Assembly: GCA_013166775.1 (NCBI GenBank)
Contig: JABLTJ010000035.1
Coordinates: 1 to 33,629, forward strand
Length of the DNA stretch: 33,629 nucleotides
Direction: 5' to 3'
DNA from: Promethearchaeati archaeon
GTDB lineage: Archaea; Asgardarchaeota; Heimdallarchaeia; Heimdallarchaeales; Heimdallarchaeaceae
A program made the translations under genes and the position numbers. Positions 27,120-33,629 of this stretch are shown one piece after another. Numbering within the stretch: the stretch's first letter is position 1; each line of letters starts with the position of its first letter. The notes below the pieces were generated by a model. The model did not search any database. It saw nothing but the letters and a program-made list of their open reading frames with translations, and was not told the DNA's origin.

Positions 27120-28706
27120 ATGAGATTTATTTTAATCTCTGATACTCATATTGGTGGTCGTTTCGATGAACTGATGTTCAATAAGGGGGTAGATATAGCA
27201 AATTATGTAAAAGGAGATTATCTCATACATTGTGGAGATTTTACAAATGATGGAACATTAGCTCAATATGAGATTGCTAGACTTTATTTGGAAAAGATAA
27301 AAGACAATAAAATCTTTCTTATGGTTCCTGGAAATCATGATGTGAAAAATGTTGGTGATCTATTATGGGAGGAAATTATTGGTGATAGATTTTTTGTTCA
27401 TACTGATGAAAAGAAGAAAGTGAAAATTCTTGCTTTAGATTCCACAGAACCGGATAGTGACACAGGTAGAATGGGACCAAAAGCAATAAGCAGGATTTAT
27501 GAAGAATTTGAATCATTACCAGAACATTGGTTAAAAGTATTAATATTTCATCATCAAACACTCCCAATTCCTTACACAGGAAGAGAAAGGAGTGCAATTT
27601 ATGACGCTGGAAATGCAGTAAAAGCAATCCTTGATTGTAACATACATTTAGTTTTTAATGGTCATAGACACATCAGTAATTTCTATCGAATGTCTGATGG
27701 AGCAATGCAAGCATGGATAGTTAATTGTGGAACACTTTCTTGCAAGAAAACCAGATATAGAGAAGAATATTCAATGACTGTTTTAGATGTAGATAGAGAA
27801 AGAAACGATTTGTCAGTTAGAGTTCTCTTACTCAATAAAGAACCTTTGGAAGAGCAAATAAAATATTCAGGAAAATTTCAAGAGATTATAGTGCCTACGG
27901 AAAAAGAACTCTTAACAACTATAATTCAAATTGGTAACACAGATATTTCTGATCAACGTTTCAACATTGATGCTTTTAAAAAAGGAGTCGAGGTGATAAA
28001 TGAGACTCCTTGCGATTTGGTTGTACATTGTGGAGAAGTAACTGGAAATTCCTACCTCCATGATTTTGAATGGTCAAAAGCACTACTTGGTCAAATTGAG
28101 AAACCAAAACTGATTGTTCCTGGTGATAAAGATACTTATCCATTAGGGTGTCAGCTTTTCCCAGAATACATCGGAGAATTCCAACCGAAATATGAAAATA
28201 AAAAAATAAAGGTTTTAGGATTTAATAGCTGTATAATTGATGAAAGTATTGGAAGACTAGGAAGAGGAAATACAAAAACTATTATTCAAGACCTTACTAA
28301 TTCGAGTAAAATTGGAGTTGTTGCATTCCATCACACAATAATACCTTTACCAAGAACAAAGCACGATGCCGAGCTTACAGATGCTGGAGATGCTTTAGCT
28401 GTTTTAGTAAACAATAGAGTGAATCTAGTTCTTACAGGAGCAAAAAACCAAGCAGGTTGTTGGCAAGTAGATGATACAATCTTTGTTAATGCAGGAACGC
28501 TTAGCAGTTATAACATAACAAAAAAGGAAGGAAATAGTTTCAATATCATAAAGGTGTATAAAACTGATATAGGGAAGTATTATGAGATTGATGAATACTT
28601 GATTAATAGTTTCAAATATCAAACTATTGGCTTGTTTCATGTTTCTGACATTGCTTCGCCAATAGAAATTCCTAAAAGAATAAAATATTTCGACAACAGC
28701 GCATAG
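27120..28706 (+). CDS. Tandem calcineurin-like metallophosphoesterase (Icc/CpdA-like): intact N-terminal domain, degenerate C-terminal domain
   Basis: Domain 1: SDTH, GDFT, PGNHD, FHH, GHRH. Domain 2 equivalents: GNTD, GEVT, PGDKD, FHH, GAKN. Confidence 0.9.
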   Translation: MRFILISDTHIGGRFDELMFNKGVDIANYVKGDYLIHCGDFTNDGTLAQYEIARLYLEKIKDNKIFLMVPGNHDVKNVGDLLWEEIIGDRFFVHTDEKKKVKILALDSTEPDSDTGRMGPKAISRIYEEFESLPEHWLKVLIFHHQTLPIPYTGRERSAIYDAGNAVKAILDCNIHLVFNGHRHISNFYRMSDGAMQAWIVNCGTLSCKKTRYREEYSMTVLDVDRERNDLSVRVLLLNKEPLEEQIKYSGKFQEIIVPTEKELLTTIIQIGNTDISDQRFNIDAFKKGVEVINETPCDLVVHCGEVTGNSYLHDFEWSKALLGQIEKPKLIVPGDKDTYPLGCQLFPEYIGEFQPKYENKKIKVLGFNSCIIDESIGRLGRGNTKTIIQDLTNSSKIGVVAFHHTIIPLPRTKHDAELTDAGDALAVLVNNRVNLVLTGAKNQAGCWQVDDTIFVNAGTLSSYNITKKEGNSFNIIKVYKTDIGKYYEIDEYLINSFKYQTIGLFHVSDIASPIEIPKRIKYFDNSA

Positions 28707-28781
28707 AAACGCGAAAAAAAGCATTTTGAAGTTATCCAAGATGGATAAACCTTATATTTTAATAATCTAATACTAGAGCTT

Positions 28782-30068
28782 GTGAACGAAGAAAGTAGTC
28801 TTCAAAAAAGCAAAAACCATTTTCCAATAAAGATTAAAAATTTGTCTTCAGAACTTGAACCTTGGTTAAAGGAAGCAGAAAAGAGAATTTTTTCTATTGC
28901 AGCAGGAAATAGAATAGCGTTAATTGCTCCAGAGATAATGAAGATAGGTTTCGGGAAAATACTTTATGCAGCAAATGAATTAGGAGCTAATATAGAAAGT
29001 AACAAACCTTTTGTTCTCTTTGCTCCAGATGGTACTTGCACTTATAATAAGCTTAGAATTAAAAGAGGGTTCACTTATGGTTGTTTAATAAAAGCTGAAT
29101 TAGATGGATTAATTGTAACACAAAATGCTATGCCAAACGGATGTGGGTATTCGCTTTTTGAATTCAAAGATCCTCCAAATGATGAAAAGTTGATTAATCA
29201 AGCGAAATTAATTCAAGAGAATATTACTAAAGAACAAGCAATTGAACTAGGAAAGGGTAATCACTTCATTGCTTTATATTACGTTTTAGATAGCGTTTCT
29301 GGTGAGGATACAGGGAAAAGATATGTTCTTCTACATTGTAGCGGTCATGATGTAAAGAAGGAACCTTTGTACAATACTGATTGGTTGGAGAAGGAAGCTG
29401 GTTTCAATAAGATTCTAACACCACATGGTGAGATCTGGTTACTTGAAGACTACGCAAAAGAGCTTTATTTGAAAGAATATGAAATGTTCGAAAACATGAA
29501 CATTAAAGGAAGAAACAATGTGATGAAAGATTTCTTCGAACCAGAATCATTTCAACTTCTAATGGATTTGACTCATCAGGGTTTAGTAGAGAATGGCAAA
29601 TATCTCAAACTTGGAGTTCATTTAAAGGAGGATATAGTTCCAGTTGCATTCAATGCTGATGAAGGTACAATGATTTTGAAAACCAATTCAAACCTAAATA
29701 AGGAGTTCTTAAGGAATTGGGCATATTATAATAACATCAAAGAGTTAGGATATGAACGAGAACTTCAAGGCATTAATATAACTCCTCATGGTTCTGGATA
29801 TGAATTTAAATATCCAATTTCTGGATGTTCATTCAAGTTAGATAAAAATGGATTAAGAGATTTCTCAATAAGTTTAAAACGCCCTTCTGGTAATATCGAG
29901 CAAGTTAATGCAACATATTTTAAAGAGATTAGAAATTTCATGTCATATAGAAGAAAATTACCAATTATGAAGGAAGTTTTTCTAGCCAATTTAGGGGAAC
30001 CAGTATTTGATTTGAAACCATTGATTCAAATACATCCAAAAGTAAGCATTCCAGGTGGGCTTTACTAA
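28782..30068 (+). CDS. Divergent RtcB-fold protein (RNA ligase superfamily)
   Basis: RtcB motifs in the correct order: APD, NGCG, LGKGNHF, LLHCSG, THQ, PHGSG and C-terminal YR..I..V..LG....LKPL. GTG start. Confidence 0.75.
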   Translation: MNEESSLQKSKNHFPIKIKNLSSELEPWLKEAEKRIFSIAAGNRIALIAPEIMKIGFGKILYAANELGANIESNKPFVLFAPDGTCTYNKLRIKRGFTYGCLIKAELDGLIVTQNAMPNGCGYSLFEFKDPPNDEKLINQAKLIQENITKEQAIELGKGNHFIALYYVLDSVSGEDTGKRYVLLHCSGHDVKKEPLYNTDWLEKEAGFNKILTPHGEIWLLEDYAKELYLKEYEMFENMNIKGRNNVMKDFFEPESFQLLMDLTHQGLVENGKYLKLGVHLKEDIVPVAFNADEGTMILKTNSNLNKEFLRNWAYYNNIKELGYERELQGINITPHGSGYEFKYPISGCSFKLDKNGLRDFSISLKRPSGNIEQVNATYFKEIRNFMSYRRKLPIMKEVFLANLGEPVFDLKPLIQIHPKVSIPGGLY

Positions 30069-30093
30069 ATATATATTCAATTAGAGTGATTAC

Positions 30094-30831
30094 ATGAATA
30101 AAGCTAAACCATGGATTATTGCACACAGAGGTTCATCCGGAGAATTTCCAGAAAACACTCTCGCTGCTTTCTGGGATGCAGTAAAATCTCAAGCTGACAT
30201 TATTGAAATGGATCTTCAATTAACAGCTGATGAACAAGTAGTAGCATTTCATGACACAATAGTAGATAGAATTTTTCAAGAACGAAGTGGGAAGAAAATT
30301 GATGATTTTTCTCTTTTCGAACTAAAGCAGAAAGAGATAGGATCTTGGTTTGATCCAAAATTTGAAGGTCTTAGAATTCCAATTCTAATGGAAGTTTTAG
30401 AAAACCTCCCTCAAGATACTTCACTCATTTTGGAATTAAAAAGCAATAAAGTTAAACTTCTTGAATCTGTTATTCAAACACTTGAAGTTATGAATAAATC
30501 TCTAGGATTAGGATATATTTCTGTAAGGGATATTGAGACATACAAAACGTGCAAGGAAATTTCATCAAAACACAAAATCGGTCTTATGCAGAAAAAAAGA
30601 ACTCCTAAAGAAACTATCGAAGAAGTAGTAAAAAATGAAATTGAAATTGTGCAAATAAGATGGAAAAATTGGAAACCTGATGAGTGGAAAAGGATTGAAG
30701 ATTTGGATGTTATTGTAACCGCATTTAGTGCTGATGAAAGAAGTGATTTCGAATTTTTAGTTGATAAAAAGATAGATGGGATTCATACAAATTATCCAAA
30801 ACGTCTTTATGAATTTCTCAATAAAGAATGA
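30094..30831 (+). CDS. Glycerophosphodiester phosphodiesterase (GDPD, UgpQ/GlpQ family)
   Basis: IIAHRG..PENTLAAF, IEMDLQLTAD, FHD, LELK and DGIHTNYP. Confidence 0.95.
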   Translation: MNKAKPWIIAHRGSSGEFPENTLAAFWDAVKSQADIIEMDLQLTADEQVVAFHDTIVDRIFQERSGKKIDDFSLFELKQKEIGSWFDPKFEGLRIPILMEVLENLPQDTSLILELKSNKVKLLESVIQTLEVMNKSLGLGYISVRDIETYKTCKEISSKHKIGLMQKKRTPKETIEEVVKNEIEIVQIRWKNWKPDEWKRIEDLDVIVTAFSADERSDFEFLVDKKIDGIHTNYPKRLYEFLNKE

Positions 30832-30842
30832 GAGAGAAAGAT

Positions 30843-32492
30843 TTACAATTTCTCCTTAATTCTATCTCTGATAACATTCTTTTCTAACAGAGTTGCTATT
30901 TCTAGAGCTCCGTTCAGTACTTCTCTTCCTCTATCATTGAGTAAAGGTAAAATAAAATTACCAAAGTTCTCTAGTACTCTTAGAAGATCTACTGAATCTT
31001 CAAGACTCTCATAGATAGAGATAGCAGATTCATAATGAACAATTGCTTTTTCTGTATTCTTCTCACGTTCAACAATTGCTAAGATTTCTTTTGACAAAGC
31101 TTCATACAAAGGATTATCTTTTTTCTTGGCTAAATCGATCGTTTCTTCAGCATATTGTTTTGCTTGTTTAAGATTTTTAGTTGACATTCCTAAAGCTATC
31201 TGATAATTTATATATAATATATAATCAGAAATTTGATTGGTACGATCTCCCACAAGCTGTTCAATAATTTTAGTAATTTTCTTGTTTATTTTCTCTATTC
31301 TTTTCCCATCTTTGAGTTGTATAGCAAGAATTTGTGCTCCAAGATAATTGTAAAATGCATTTGCATTGCTATTATTCTTTACAAATAGATCTCCAATTTC
31401 CTCATACATTGATGTTTCGTTATTTATCTCATCATCAGATAATTTAGCGATATTAGAAGCAGTAAATAAACCCTTGATTGTATCAGAATATTCTCCCTCA
31501 ATGGGTTCTTGTATAAATTTAATGTTCTTCAATCCTTTAATTATATCAAAAGAGCTTCTTTCTGAAAGAAGTTGATAGATTTTTCTTACATTATCTGAAT
31601 CAATAACAGGTTCAAGTGGAGGAAGGTCCAGACGTGATTTCAAAGAATGACCTGAATATAGAAGTTGTCTAGCAATGTTTAGATACTTTGGTAACTCTAA
31701 ACCTTCTAATATTTCAGGATAATCACTAAGTACTACTCTAGCGTTTTCCAAGAATTCGTGTGCTTGAATATAATTTCTAGTTTTCAGATAAAGATTACCT
31801 ATTCTGAAATCGATATTCCCTACCCAGTGCCAATCGTTGATTGATTTGAAATAGTCTTTACCTTCATTATAGAGGTTGATAGCTTGTTTTATATCGCCAA
31901 GTGAAAGACAATCTGCAAAATAAACAGTATTTTTTGCATAAGCTTCCTGAGTACCAATCTCTTCTGCTAATTTAATAGCTTGTCCAAAAACCACTGAAGC
32001 ATCCTTGAAATCAAAATTCATCAAGTTTATTCCAAAAGGTGTTAGATACTCTAAATGTAACTCTTTATTTTCTGATTTCCTAGCCTCACTTACAGCCATA
32101 AGAAAATACTCAGTAGCTTCCTTGTAATCTGCTTGGGAACTAAAAAGTGAAGCAATATAATATGCAATTTTTGCAGTTAATTCTCTAGCTTCAAGAATTC
32201 TACTAGCATCGAGTATTTCTGCAATTTGCCTAATAGCAATTTCAGGATCAGCATCTTCGAGTTCCTTCTTTTTAGCTTCAAATCTTTCTTCCAACTTTGC
32301 TATCTCATCTTCAAGCTTATCCCCATAAGTGATTATAACATCTTTATCAGAAAAACCTACTACTTCTTCTTCTGGGATTTCTTCTAATCCTGCGAGATCA
32401 CTGTACTCTTCAATATCAAAAGAAATAGTCTCAAGATCATCAAGATCTTCATATTCTTCTTCAAGGTCTTCCAATTCTTTTTCTTCACTCAT
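30843..32492 (-). CDS. TPR-repeat protein with strongly acidic N-terminus
   Basis: About 50-aa D/E-rich N-terminus, a coiled segment and two TPR blocks (e.g. IGNLYLKTRNYIQAHEFLENA; EKAIVHYESAISIYESL). Confidence 0.8.
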   Translation of the reverse strand: MSEEKELEDLEEEYEDLDDLETISFDIEEYSDLAGLEEIPEEEVVGFSDKDVIITYGDKLEDEIAKLEERFEAKKKELEDADPEIAIRQIAEILDASRILEARELTAKIAYYIASLFSSQADYKEATEYFLMAVSEARKSENKELHLEYLTPFGINLMNFDFKDASVVFGQAIKLAEEIGTQEAYAKNTVYFADCLSLGDIKQAINLYNEGKDYFKSINDWHWVGNIDFRIGNLYLKTRNYIQAHEFLENARVVLSDYPEILEGLELPKYLNIARQLLYSGHSLKSRLDLPPLEPVIDSDNVRKIYQLLSERSSFDIIKGLKNIKFIQEPIEGEYSDTIKGLFTASNIAKLSDDEINNETSMYEEIGDLFVKNNSNANAFYNYLGAQILAIQLKDGKRIEKINKKITKIIEQLVGDRTNQISDYILYINYQIALGMSTKNLKQAKQYAEETIDLAKKKDNPLYEALSKEILAIVEREKNTEKAIVHYESAISIYESLEDSVDLLRVLENFGNFILPLLNDRGREVLNGALEIATLLEKNVIRDRIKEKL

Positions 32493-32590
32493 AAGAGTTG
32501 CACCTATTTGTACATTATTTACATAGAAGTATTTCCTTATTATATTTATCTCTTAAAATCGATTGGAATAAAAAAAACAGTATGTTTAAT

Positions 32591-33629
32591 CTATCTGAAT
32601 TTTCTTCGTTTAAATGAAATAAATATTTGAAAGATAACAATTACTAGAATACAACTTAAAATAGTAGAATTAGTTGTTTCAGCCTTTATATATCCAGCTG
32701 CGGCTAACCATTCCCTTGCTTTATCCAAATTATAGTCATATTTGATGATATCATCATAATAGTAGAAAGCAGTATAAGGAGGTATAGGATTGTGAACTAT
32801 AATATGCTCACCATCATGTAATTCATTATTCATTTCTTCTCTGTCAATCGCATAACAAATAGCTTTTCGAACAGCACAAGCTTTTGTATAATTTTCTTTA
32901 CCAGGCTCGGTTAAGAAAATATTGTTATCCTCACCTCCAATAAAACTTCTTTGCAAATTAAATGCAATGTAAAGGAAGTAATCTATAACTTCTGATTGTA
33001 CTTCAAATCTAGAATCTTCTTGCATTAGCTTTCTCTCTTCTGGGAAGACTGTAACACCTAATATATCTAGCTTTCCAGCTTTGAATTCTGCTAATGAAGC
33101 GGAATCATATGTAATAACACGGGTATTAACAGTCTCAACATATGGAGTTTTTCCACCTACACCATCGATAGCTCCAACACCAAACCAAAAAGGACTTCTG
33201 GTATGAACTGTAATCACATTGTCTTCATAATAATCCAACATATATTTACCATTACCAAAACATGATTTACTGAAAGTCTGCCATTGATTAGTGTTGACAA
33301 TTTCATCATAAAGCCCCCAAGTCTTAACTCCACCAATACTGTAAGTCAAACTAGGATTAGTAGAATTAAGGTAGAACTCAGGGAGTGCATTAAAATCCAT
33401 CCCTGCAAAGAAATCTATGTAAGGTTCGATTTCTGGAGTGTCAGGATTACCATCGATAAAGACATGGAAAGCTAAATCATCTGCAGGATCAACATAGATG
33501 TCTGATATCCATTCAGCTAATGAGGGGTCTTCACTGATATTTGCATTACCCCAAGCTAAGTAGGTAAACACTGCATCCTTTGCTGTAACTTGTTGGTTGG
33601 TACCATCACTATATTCACCATCTTTTAAC
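32591..33629 (-). CDS. ABC transporter solute-binding protein family 5 (Opp/Dpp-like), 5'-partial, with C-terminal membrane anchor
   Basis: Frame is open to the window edge (LKDGEYSDG..VTAKDAVFT). Motifs GNGKYML, EFKAGKLDI, VRKAICYAIDRE and YNLDKAREWLAAAGY, then TM plus KRRKFR. Confidence 0.9.
   Translation of the reverse strand, partial: LKDGEYSDGTNQQVTAKDAVFTYLAWGNANISEDPSLAEWISDIYVDPADDLAFHVFIDGNPDTPEIEPYIDFFAGMDFNALPEFYLNSTNPSLTYSIGGVKTWGLYDEIVNTNQWQTFSKSCFGNGKYMLDYYEDNVITVHTRSPFWFGVGAIDGVGGKTPYVETVNTRVITYDSASLAEFKAGKLDILGVTVFPEERKLMQEDSRFEVQSEVIDYFLYIAFNLQRSFIGGEDNNIFLTEPGKENYTKACAVRKAICYAIDREEMNNELHDGEHIIVHNPIPPYTAFYYYDDIIKYDYNLDKAREWLAAAGYIKAETTNSTILSCILVIVIFQIFISFKRRKFR

Noticed and set aside
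886-33475. Short overlapping or antisense ORFs (e.g. 886-1185, 1398-1610, 2472-2696, 5869-6087, 7499-7837, 8206-8601, 13618-14055, 17785-18150, 21041-21328, 24581-24814, 28425-28739, 33284-33475)
   Set aside because: They lie within well-supported genes on the other strand or frame and show no motifs; these are shadow ORFs.
1-33629. tRNA, rRNA, CRISPR array, transposase or integrase
   Set aside because: Intergenic gaps are short (under ~170 nt) and AT-rich, with no cloverleaf, spaced direct repeats or recombinase motifs seen by eye. tRNAscan-SE or Infernal would be needed to exclude small RNAs formally.

Overview
AT-rich (~30% GC), gene-dense archaeal chromosomal segment, most likely from an Asgard archaeon (Heimdallarchaeia-like; inferred). 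The evidence is a two-domain gelsolin, TPR solenoids, surface proteins with C-terminal TM+basic anchors, TATA-like boxes ~22-30 nt upstream of starts, and GGTGA-type Shine-Dalgarno sites. It holds ~35 genes: an ABC exporter pair, gelsolin, a candidate Vps28-like (ESCRT-I) protein, MazG-like NTP pyrophosphatase, IlvE, an APH-fold protein, ferritin-like protein, PAP2, ZIP, alpha/beta hydrolase, HGSNAT/DUF1624-like membrane protein, TldD/TldE, PepF, PHP, F420-dependent reductase, a Pol-beta-type nucleotidyltransferase, a decayed radical SAM gene, TPR proteins, CutA, an SLC41/MgtE transporter, a PadR-methyltransferase fusion, a Cys/His microprotein and a partial family-5 solute-binding protein. 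The best candidate for an undescribed system is 27120-30831: a tandem calcineurin-like phosphoesterase (active plus degenerate domain), a highly divergent RtcB-fold protein that keeps the His nucleophile but has lost several GTP/RNA-binding residues, and a glycerophosphodiester phosphodiesterase. The first ~170 nt are 57% GC, encode a bacterial-type RsbT/RsbW-like kinase fragment and are probably an assembly chimera. No tRNA, rRNA, CRISPR array or transposase was seen. All family calls are by-eye motif recognition; no searches were run.
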